In this document: positions 52,350-61,880 of the stretch, one piece after another
How positions within the stretch are numbered: position 1 is the first letter of the stretch
How the letters are laid out: every line of letters begins with the position of its first letter
NCBI RefSeq assembly: GCF_963921235.1
Contig: NC_086101.1
Location: forward strand, 2,358,001 to 2,422,000
From: Mobula hypostoma
Taxonomy: Eukaryota
Length of the DNA: 64,000 bases
Reading direction: 5' to 3'
Position numbers and translations under genes: made by a program
Notes under the pieces: model-generated
Database searches by the model: none
What the model saw: the letters and a program-made list of their open reading frames with translations, nothing else
What the model was told of the DNA's origin: nothing

Positions 52350-54180
52350 TCAGAATCACAATCAGGTTTAATATCTCTGGCATGTCTTGAAATTTGTTAA
52401 CTTTACAGCAGCAGTACAATGAAATACATGATAATATAAAAAAGATAAATAAATAAATTACTTAAGGTATATTAAATAGTTAAACTAAAAATTATGCAAA
52501 AACAGAGATAATATTTTTAAAACTGAGGCATTGTTCAAGGGTTCAATGTCCATTTAGTAATGGGATGGCAGAGGGGAAGAAGCTGTTCCTGAATCGATGA
52601 GTGTGTGCCTTCAGGCTTCTGTACCTCCTACCTGATGGTAACGGTGAGATGAGGACAAGTCCTGGGTGATGGGGGTCCTTGATAATGGATGCCTCCTTTC
52701 TGAGGCACCGCTCCTTGATGATGTCTTGGACACTACGGATTTTGAACCCAAGATGGAGCTGACTAATCTTATAACTTTCTGCAGAAACATAGAAAACCTA
52801 CAGCACAATACAGGCCCTTTGGCCCACAAAGTTGTGCTGAACATGTCTCTACCTTAGAAATTACTAGGCTTACCCATAGCCCTCTATTTTTCTAAGCTCC
52901 ATGTACCTATCCAGAAGTCTCTTAAAAGACCCTGTTGTATCCGCCTCCACCACCATTGCCGGCAGCCCATTCCACGCACTCACCACTCTCTGCGTAAAAA
53001 ACTTACCCCTGACATCTCCTCTGTACCTACTCCCCAGCACCTTAAACCTGTGTCCTCTTGTGGCAGCCATTTCAGCCCTGGGAAAAAGCCTCTGACTATC
53101 CACATGATCAATGCCTCTCATCATCTTATACACCTCTATCAGGTCATCTCTCATCCTCTGTCGCTCCAAGGAGAAAAGGCCGAGTTCACTTAACCTGTTT
53201 TCATAAGGCATGTTCCCCAATCCAGGCAACATCCTTGTAAATCTCCTCTGCATCCTTTCTATGGTTTCCACATCCTTCCTGTAGTGAGGCGACCAGAACT
53301 GAGCACAGTACTCCAAGTGGGGTCTGACCAGGGTCCTATATAGCTGCAACATTACCTCTCGGCTCCTAAGTTCAATTCCACGGTTGATGAAGGCCAATAC
53401 ACCGTATGCCTTCTTAATACTATGTTCTACCATTATATTTGACCTACCAAAATGGACCACTTCACACTTATCTGGGTTGGTAGTCTCTTTCGGTCCTGTG
53501 CAGTAGCCCCTGCATATCAGACAGTGATGCAGCCCTTCAGAATGCTCTCCACAGTACATCGGTAGACGTTTTTGAGTGTTTTAGGTGACAAATCAAATCT
53601 CTTCAAACTCATGAAATATAGTTGCTGTCTTGCCTTCTTTATAACTGCATCAATATGTTGGGACCGGGTTAGATCCTCAGAGATCTTGACACCCAGGAAC
53701 TTGAAACTGCTCACTCTCTCCACTTCTGTTCCCTCTGAGGATTGGGATGTGTTCCTTCCTCTTACCCTTCCTGAAGTCCACAATCAGCTCTTTGGTTTTA
53801 CTGATGCAAGGTTGTTGCTACAACAGCACACAACTAGCTGGTATATCTTGCTCCTGTATGTCCTCTCATCACGATCTGAGATTCTGCCAGCAATGGTTGT
53901 ATCGTCAGAAAATTTATAGATGGTATTTGAGCTATGCCTGCCCAACAGTCATGTGTACATAGAGAGTGGAGCAGTGGGCTAAGCACACATCTCTGAGGTG
54001 CACCAGTGTTGATCGTCAGCAAGGAGGAGATGCTGTAGCTTATTGATTGGGAGTGTGGGAATGATGGTGTTAAACACTGAGCTGTAGTCGACAAACAGCA
54101 TCCAGACAGAGTGTAGGTGTTTGTATCATCCAGGTGCTCTCGGGCCATTGAGACTGCACCTGCTGCAACCCTATTGTGGC
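52350..54180 (-). mobile_element. Rex1/Babar-clade LINE 3' portion, split by a CR1 insertion
   Basis: TINTGAPQRCVLSPLL and EVERVSSFKFLGVKISEDL..SQHIDAVIKKARQQLYF...YRCTVESIL; continues left of 52784 to the 3' UTR and a short tail repeat near 52350-52372. Confidence 0.85.
52785..53479 (-). mobile_element. CR1 LINE 3' fragment inserted into Rex1
   Basis: NPDKCEVVHFG...LYRTLVRPHLEYCAQFWSP...YENRLSELGLFSLE...KFFTQRVVSAWNGLP, plus a 3' UTR ending in a TTCTATGTTTCT tail. Confidence 0.92.
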
Positions 54181-54199
54181 ATTAGACACAATTTCCCTT

Positions 54200-54623
54200 T
54201 TGTTCAGGAGCCTGATGGTTGTGGGGTAGAAATTGCTCGGACCCGGTGGAGTGCGTCCTCAGTTTCTTCTACCTGATGGCAGCAGTGAGAAGAGACTTGG
54301 CCGAGATGGTGGGATCCCTGGTGACTGGTGCTGCTCTCCCACGACAGTGTTTCATGTGGCTGTGCTCAATGATTAGGAGCGAATCCACTTCCCATTTCAA
54401 AGGCATTGGTGTTCCCATAGCAGACCATGATGCAGCTGGTCAATGCAATCTTTACCACCCATCTATAGAAGGTTCTCAGGAGCTTGGATGCCGTGCCAAA
54501 TCTGCAGAATCCTAAGGTAGAAACACTGCTGTACTTTCTTCGCAATTATGTGCTAGGTCCAAGACAGGACAGGACAAGTCCTCTGAAACAGTAACACCCA
54601 GGAATTTAATGCTAACCCTCTCC
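54200..54623 (-). mobile_element. Older degenerate Rex1/Babar fragment (resumes at ~55429-55455)
   Basis: Degenerate homology to 53490-53745; interrupted at CTCTCC^ACCTCTGAT by the + strand Rex1. Confidence 0.6.
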
Positions 54624-55428
54624 GTAAAGGTGTACAGGAATGAGATACAGCATCTGGAGGAGTGGTGTCACAGCAACAACCTGGCACTCAACGTCAGTAA
54701 GATGAAAGAGCAGATTGTGGAGTTGAGGAAGGGTAAGACGAAGGAAAACATACCAATCTTCATAGAGGGATCAGAAGTGGAGAGAGTGAGCAGTTTCAAG
54801 TTCCTGGGTGTCAAGATATCGAGGACCTAACCTGGTTCCAACACATCGATGTAGTTATAAAGAAGGCAAGACAGTGGCTATACTTTATTAGGAGTTTGAA
54901 GAGATTTGGCGTATCTACAAATACACTCAAAAACTTCTATAGTTGTATCGTGCAGAGCATTCTGACAGGCTGCAGAGGACTGAAAGAAGCTGCAGAAGGT
55001 TGTAAAGCTAGTCAGCTATGTCGGGTACTAGCCAAGAAAGTACCCAGGACATCTTCAGGGAGCGGTGTCTCGGAAAGGCAGCGTCCATTATTAAGGACCT
55101 CCAGCACCCAGGACATGCCCTTTTCTCACTGTTACCATCAGGGAGGAGGTACAGAAGCCTGAAGGCACACACTCAGTGATTCAGGAACAGCTTCTTCCCC
55201 TCTGCCATCCGATTCCTAAATGGACATTGAACCCTTGGACACTGCCTCACTTTAAAAAAAATATAGTGTATCTGTTTTCTGACGTTTAAAAAAAATCTAT
55301 TCAATATACGTAATTGATTGAGTTGTTCATTTATTTTTTTCTTTCAGCTTGATCATGTATTGAACTGCGGCTGCTAAGTGAACAAATTTCACGTCACGTG
55401 CCGGTGATAATAAACTTGATTCGGATTC
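54624..55428 (+). mobile_element. Rex1/Babar LINE 3' fragment with 3' UTR and tail
   Basis: YRNEIQHLEEWCHSNNLALNVSK.KE.IV...EVERVSSFKFLGV...LKNFYSCIVQSILTGC...FRNSFFPSAIRFLN, ending AATAAACTTGATTCGGATTC. Confidence 0.9.
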
Positions 55429-55629
55429 CACCTCTGATCGTCAATGAGGACTGCCCAAGTGGTTTTTAACTCTTGTTAAGGTATCCTCCTCTTTCAGATA
55501 CTGGGTAAAGGTGTTGTCCCTCCGCTCTCTATTAAAACACCCGTTAGAGTGATTTTTCGGTTTAGGTCATTTACATTTAGCCAGTGGCTTTAGCTACCTG
55601 TCTTCTGTTCCTTGAAAATGTATTGCGGA

Positions 55630-55890
55630 TTTAATTTGGAACAATGCATTCCTAAAACGCTGTGAATCCCAGATGCTGGCGTCTGTGGGATGGATGCAAA
55701 TCAGAAGCTGTGAAGTTTGCATGCAGCTTCAAATGAAGCATTGTCTATTCTTTGCAAATACGGAATTGTCCTTTGTGTTTTGCAAATAAAGAGCCCCACC
55801 TTGGGCCAGCTGACCTTTCCACCAAAAGCGTCTCCGTATAATGCCTGCTGTACCTTGTTCTGTCGAATAAAGAAGCTGCTTTGCATCTAC
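55630..55890. promoter_or_regulatory. Candidate enhancer: cluster of POU octamer and Sox motifs
   Basis: ATGCAAAT at 55694-55701, GTTTGCAT at 55715, TTGCAAAT twice, CTTTGCAT at 55879; AACAATG at 55640, CATTGTC, CTTTGT and TGACCT. All lie in a non-repeat island. Confidence 0.35.
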
Positions 55891-56099
55891 CAGTAACTCT
55901 CTCTCCGGCGATTTCATTCACGCAGGCACCTTACACTGACCCTTCCACCATGAACTCAGCCAGCTTCGACAACAGTCAGTGCGGACTGCTCCCCACTATG
56001 ATGTCCGCTGCCTCAGCACCCACACCAAGGAACAGTTATTACCTCAACCACCAGGCTCTGGAACCAGAGCCACAACCAATCGACATTTTGGTGTGGAAC

Positions 56100-56535
56100 T
56101 TGTGGTAACGGCTGCCCTCTCTCACCGCATCTCCTTCCTGTGAGGCTCCTCTCCCTTCCCTTTCTTCCATGGTTTCTGTCCTCTCCTATCAGATTTCCCG
56201 CTTCTGTATTTCTCTCACCAAGCAACATTCCAACTTTTTACTCACCCCCCCCCCGAGGTTCACCTACCACCTAGTACTTCTTCCCCTCCCCCCACTTTCT
56301 TCTCGTCCTTTTCTCCCCAGTCCTGATGAAGCCCCAAACAGTGACTGTTTACTCTTCTACACATTCTGCCTGGCCTGCTAAGTTCCTCCAGCATTTTGTG
56401 TACGCCTGGAGAGCCTCCAACCTGGTGGAATGAGCATCACTTCCTTGAACTTCTGGTAATCTGCACTCCCTCTCATCAGTCCTCATGCCCATCACCTCCC
56501 TCTGGAGCTCCTGCCCCCTCCCACATCCCCTTTTT
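56100..56535 (+). mobile_element. Old Penelope-like 3' fragments (two partial tandem copies) with decayed hammerhead
   Basis: Pyrimidine-rich UTR, AGTCCTGATGAAGCCCCAAACAGTGACT and TGCCTGGCCTGCTAAGTTCCTCCAGCATTTTGTGT, followed by RLESLQPGGMSITSLNFW* (matching RLGSLQPDGVNINFSNFR*). Confidence 0.75.
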
Positions 56536-56544
56536 CCTGGTCTC

Positions 56545-57390
56545 AAGACCATGAAGACATAGAGCAGAACTTGCTCTGTCGAGTCTGCTCCACCATCTCA
56601 TCATGGCTGACCCTACTTTCCTCTCAGCCCGTCTCCTGCCTTTTCCCCATCTCTTCATTCCCTGACCAATCACGAATCTATCAACCACTGCCTTAAATAC
56701 ACATAAAGACCTGGCCTCCAGCGCTGCCTCTGTCACAGATTCACCACTCTCTGTCTAAAGAAATTCCTCATCGCCATTCTAAAAGCATGTCTCTCTAGTC
56801 TGAGGCTGTGTTCTCTGGTCTTAGATTCTCCCACCATAGGACACATCCACTCCATTACGGCCTTTCCCCATTCAACAAGTCTCCATGAGGTCACCCCTCT
56901 CGTGAATAGAGGCCGAAAGCCATCAGATGCTCTTCATATAAGTTGTTCAACCTAGAATGATTTCCGTGAATCCTCTGCTGTTTCAGCACATCCCTTCTAC
57001 GTAAGGGGCCCAAAACTGCTCATAATACTCCACAAGTAGAGCCTCACCAGTGCTCGATAAAGTCTCAATGTTATATCTAGTCCTCTTGAAATCAATGCCA
57101 ACATTGCATTTGTCTTCCTCACCAGACTCAACCTGCAAATGAACCTTTAGGGAACCCTACACAAGGACTCCCAAGTCCCTCTGCATCTCCGTCTTTTTAG
57201 AAAAAATTTTCTCCACTTAGAAAATAGTCAAACCTTTCATTTCTCCTACCAAAGTACATGTCCATAACTTCCTGACTCTGTTCAATCTGCCACTTCTGTG
57301 TCCATTCTCCTAATCTAAGTCATTCTGTAGCCTCTCTACTACTTTGAACTACCTGTCCCTCCACCTATATATGCATTGCCGGCAAACTTT
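56545..57390 (-). mobile_element. CR1 LINE 3' fragment, degraded
   Basis: ARSLCVFKAVVDRF and the 3' UTR GGAGCAGACTCGA; the upstream end corresponds to the RT KFA(DD) region. Confidence 0.8.
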
Positions 57391-58114
57391 GATCAAGGCG
57401 CATGGACATCAGCAAGTTAGACCGGCGGAAAGAATTTAAAAGGAGATCATTTTTCTTCAGTGGTTTGATCAAGGCGTGACAGGGGTGGCAAATGGACACC
57501 AGCAAGTTACACACGGGAGGTACTTAAAAAGACAGCTTTATAGAGCGGGTGTCAGAGTAGGAGGGCTTTGGCTCAACAGGGCTTCGGTGATAACAGGTCG
57601 AGGCAAGTTACTTGTGAAGAACAGGAACAGGACGTATGTCTGTGAGGCCGGTGTTCTGTACTGGGTGTCGGATGTGGGATGTCCGGGAGTCTGTGCCAAG
57701 TGCGTCGAGCTGCAGCTCCTTAGGGACCGGGTTAGGGAACTGGAGATGCAGCTCGATGACCTTCGACTGGTCAGGGAGAGTGAGGAGGTGACAGATAGGA
57801 GCTTTAGGCAAGTAGTCACTCTGGGGCGTCGGGAGACAAATAAGTGAGTAACAGTCAGGAGAGGGAAGAGCAAGAGTCAGATACTAGACAGTACCCCTGT
57901 GGCTGTCCCCCTTGACAATAAGTACTCCTGTTTGAGTACTGTTGTGGGGGACAGCCTACCTGGGGGAAGCGACAGTGGCCGCGCCTCTGGCACAGAGTCT
58001 GGCCCTGTGGCTCAGAAGGGTAGGGAAAGGAAGAGGGTGGCAGCAGTGATCAGGGACTCTTATAGTTAGGGGATCAGACAGACGATTCTGTAGATGCAGG
58101 AAAGAAACACGGAT

Positions 58115-58455
58115 ATCACATAAAAATTGCTGGTGAACGCAGCGGGCCAGGCAGCATCTATAGGAAGAGGTACAGTTGATGTTTCGGGCCAAGATAGTAA
58201 GAGAGTTGAAAGTGGGAGGGGGAGGGGGAGGGATGGAGCTAAGAGCTGGAAAGTTGAAGCTCTCAGCTCCATCCCTCCCCCTCTCAAATCTCTTACTATC
58301 CCTTCTTTCAGTTAGTCCTGACGAAGGGTCTCCGCCCGAAATGTCGACTGTACCTCTTCCTAGCGATGCTGCCTGGCCTGCTGCGTTCACCAGCAATTTT
58401 TATGTGTGTTGCTTGAAATTCCAGCACCTGCAGATTTCCTCATGTTTGTGTTTTT
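58115..58455. mobile_element. Penelope-derived inverted (fold-back) insertion in CR1 ORF1
   Basis: Two inverted copies of the Penelope 3' UTR seen at 1699-1900. TSD AAAGAAACA(C/T)GGAT at 58101-58114 and 58456-58469. Confidence 0.9.
58314..58349 (+). ncRNA. Minimal type I hammerhead ribozyme (Penelope 3' UTR)
   Basis: AGTC-CTGACGA-A-GGG TCTCCG CCC-GAAA-TGTC-GACT; cores intact, with a C>T change in the stem III palindrome. Confidence 0.75.
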
Positions 58456-60535
58456 AAAGAAACATGGATGGTACTTTGCCTCCCAGATGCCAGGGTCCGG
58501 GATGTTTCAGATTGCGTCCACGATATCCTGCAGTGGGAAGGTGAACAGCCAGAGGTCGTGGTACGTATTGGTACCAATGACATAGGCAGGAAAAGGGAGG
58601 AGGTCCTGAAAACAGACTACAGGGAGTTAGGAAAGAGGTTGAGAAGCAGGACCTCATAGGAATCATCTCAGAATTACTGCCTGTGCCACGTGACAGTGAG
58701 TATAGGAATAGAATGAGGTGGAGGATAAATGTGTGGCTGAGGGATTGGAGCAGGGGGCAGGGATTCAGATTTCTGGATCATTGGGACCTCTTCTGGGGCA
58801 GGTGTGACCTGTACAAAAAGGACGGGCTGCACTTGAATCCCAGGGGAACCAATATCCTGGCGGGGAGGTTTGCTAAGGCTACTGGGGAGAGTTTAAACTA
58901 GAATTGTTGGGGGGTGGGAACCGAACTGAAGAGACTGGGAAAGAGGAGTTTGGCTCACAAATAGAGAAAGCTTGGAGACAGTGCGAGAGGGAGGATAGGC
59001 AGGTGATAGAGAAGGGACGCGCTCACTTGGATGGTTTGAGATGTGTGTTTTAATGCAAGGAGTGTTGTGAACAAAGCAAATGAGCTCAGAGTGTGGATCA
59101 GTACTTGGAGCCATGATGTTGTGGCCATTACAGAGACTTAGATGGCTTCATAAAGGACAGGGAGGGAGGCAAAAGAGGTGGGGGCATGGCACTGCTGATC
59201 AGAGATAGTGTCGGCTGCAGAAAAGGAGGAAGTCATGGAGGGATTGTCTACGGAGTCTCTGTGGGTGGAAGTTAGGAACAGGAAGGGTCAGTAACTCTAC
59301 TGGGTGTTTTTTATAGACTACCCAATAGTAATAGGGACTTCAAGGAGCAGATACGGAGACAGATTCTGGAACAGTGCAATAACAGGGTTATGACGGGAGA
59401 TTTTAATTTTCTCAATATTGATTGGCATCTTCCTAAAGCAAGGGGTTTAGATGGGGTGGAGTTTGTTAGGTGTGTTCAGGAAGGTTTCCTGACACAATAT
59501 GTAGATAAGCCTACAAGAGGAGAGGCTGTACTTGATCTGGTATTGGGAAATGAACCTGGTCAGGTGTCGGGTCTCTCAGCGGGAGAGCATTTTGGAAATA
59601 GTGATCACAATTCTATCTCCTTTACCATAGCATTGAAGAGGGATAGGAACAGACAAGTTAGAAAAATGTTTAATTGGAGTAAGGGGAAATATGAGGCTAT
59701 CAGGCAGGAACTTGGAAGCATAAATTGGGAGCAGATGTTATCAGGGAAATGTACGGCAGAAATGTGGCAAATGTTCAGGGGATATTTGTGTGGTGTTCTG
59801 CATGGGTACGTTCCAATGATCAGGGAAAAGATGGCAGGGTACAGGAACCATGGAGTACAAAGGCTGTTGAAAATCTAGTCAAGAAGAAGAGCTTATGAAA
59901 GGTTCAAAAATACTAGGTAATGATTGAGATCTCGAAAATTATTAGGCTAGCAGAAGGAGGTTAAGAAATTAAATTAGGAGAGCCAGAAGGGGACATGAGA
60001 AGGCCTTGGCAGACAGGATTAAGGAAAACCCGAAGGTATTCTACAAGTATGTGAAGAGCAAGAGGTTAAGACGTGAGAGAGTAGGACCAAGTGTGGCACT
60101 GGAAAAGTGTGTATGGAACCAGAGAAGGTAGCAGAGGTATTTAATGAATACTTTGCTTCAGTATTCACTACGAGAAAGGACCCTGGCAATTGTAGGGATG
60201 ACTTGCAGCGGACTGAAAAGCTTGAGCATGTAGACATTAAGAAAGAGGATGTGCTGGAGCTTTTGGGAAGCATCAAGTTGGATAAATCACCGGGACCGGA
60301 CAAGAACCTCTGCCTGTGCTAGCCCAACCCTGTTGATCCAAAGCCAGACCACTCTAATGCTGGCCCACTCTAACAGTGGCTGCTCTGATTACCCCTTTTT
60401 CACTGGTCTCACACTGATTTTAGCCCACAGTTGAATAGCTGAAATCTCGTGCTTTATCACCAACGACTGACCTCTCCTGCAGAGAAAAATACACATGCAC
60501 ACATCACACCAGCTCAGCAGTAAGAACACAAACAC

Positions 60536-60541
60536 TTTATT
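60536..60541 (-). terminator. Probable PFDN6 polyadenylation signal AATAAA
   Basis: First AATAAA seen downstream of the stop codon (~740 nt 3' UTR), followed on the minus strand by the GT-rich GTGTTTGTGTTCTT. Confidence 0.65.
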
Positions 60542-61282
60542 GCCCAGGGATGTGCTGGCATTCAACACTCGGCACCCGCTGACCATCTGACCAGGCGATC
60601 TGGCCCCACCCACAGGCCCTGGTCGACCCAGAGCGGGAGTCCAGCCACCCAACACCCACAGATCATGGGTGACACAACTCACATTGTGGGAGGCTCGGTG
60701 TTGGGATCCCAGCAGCCATGGACCCGGGAAACCTAGTGACCAGCAGCCACGGACCTGGGCAGCTCACAGCGAGCTCACTGTGAACCCCAACACCCAGTGG
60801 ACAATCCAGACCCATCCTCTGGGCAATAGGAGCCCATGGATGGACGGATGGGATGGCAGGGCGGTCACAGCATGAGGGACACAGTGCTGGGAAGAGAAGG
60901 GGATCTGCCCTCCAGCCCAACCCTAGTGACTGGGGTGAGAACCTTCCCTCAGACGGGCTGGGTGATCACACACTGAGTGCCCCTAGCCCCTCAGTCACTC
61001 ACAGGGGGAGAGGGGATGGAGGAAAGGCTGGGAGGCAAGGGGAGGGGTGGGAGTGGGATAAGCAAGATGGATGGAAGGATGTGCTCACACAATGACAGTC
61101 CCCCGATGACGTACAGGGATTGGGGGGTGTGGTACGTTTACGGGCACAGAGATTCAGTACACTGACACCCCCTCATCCACAGGTCAGCCGAAGAGTATTG
61201 CGCCGAGCAGACTCAGTCACTGTCGGGCCAGGGGACAGGAAAGGGGAGAGTGGGTGGGGAAGGGTGAATGAGGGACACACAC

Positions 61283-61403
61283 TCAGTCGCGGGCAGGTGC
61301 CTTCCCCTGGGCCCTCTGGAAGTCCTGCTGCAGTTTGCCGAGCGTCTCCCGATGCTGTTCCGATTTCCGTTCCATCTCCTTCATCTGTCCCTCGTAGCGC
61401 TTT
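61283..61403 (-). CDS. PFDN6: Prefoldin subunit 6, last coding exon
   Basis: Acceptor TTTTACAG|, phase 2. Encodes (I)KRYEGQMKEMERKSEQHRETLGKLQQDFQRAQGKAPARD*, matching the PFDN6 C-terminus (human IKRYESQLRDLERQSEQQRETLAQLQQEFQRAQ...). Confidence 0.95.
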
Positions 61404-61752
61404 CTGTAAAACACCACACCGTCCGTGAGTACTACGGGAAGGTGGGGGGGGGAGGGGGAACGGATCCTCCGTCAGTACCACCCTTCCCTGTGTAAAACAC
61501 CACACCATCCGTCAGTACCACCCCTCACGGTTCCTTGTTTCCTTGTCCAGGTAGATGCCTCAGGAGTGGCTACTGCAGGGAGATATACTGGCTGAAGCAG
61601 AACTCGGAGCAGGGTGACCCTCTCTCAGTATCACCTCCCACCCCCAGTGTGACCCTCTCTCAGTATCATCCCTGCCCCACTGTTTCACTCCAAGAGTCTG
61701 TCAGTACAGCCCCCTCCCCCTCCCCCCAGATGCTGCCCCCACCCACACTCAC

Positions 61753-61877
61753 ATCTCTCCGGTGATGTAGTGAAGCCGTTTGGCAACTGTGGACTTTGCC
61801 TCCTCTAGATCCTGCTTCACCAACACAGGGCCCATCAGCTTGTAGACACGGTTCTCTGCTTCCAACAGGTCCAACTC
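61753..61877 (-). CDS. PFDN6: Prefoldin subunit 6, penultimate coding exon (125 nt)
   Basis: Acceptor CCTATCCCAG| and donor |GTGAGT. Encodes ELDLLEAENRVYKLMGPVLVKQDLEEAKSTVAKRLHYITGE(I), with the beta-prefoldin hairpin motif VYKL.GPVLVKQ. Splices in frame to the last exon; upstream exons lie beyond the window. Confidence 0.96.
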
Positions 61878-61880
61878 CTG

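Larger units (their letters stand above)
57388..60302 (+). mobile_element. CR1 LINE with 5' UTR, ORF1 (Zn-finger/coiled coil plus SGNH esterase) and ORF2 endonuclease; 3'-truncated before RT
   Basis: CAKCVELQLLRDRVRELEMQLDDL; CLPDARVRDV...VVVRIGTNDIG; DGLHLNPRGTNILAGRF; GDFNF..IDW...LDLVL...SDH; ends at LDKSPGPD. Confidence 0.92.

Noticed and set aside
58468..58901. Host SGNH/GDSL esterase gene (also 63265-63719)
   Set aside because: It is the esterase domain of CR1 ORF1, directly followed by the ORF2 endonuclease and disrupted by stops.
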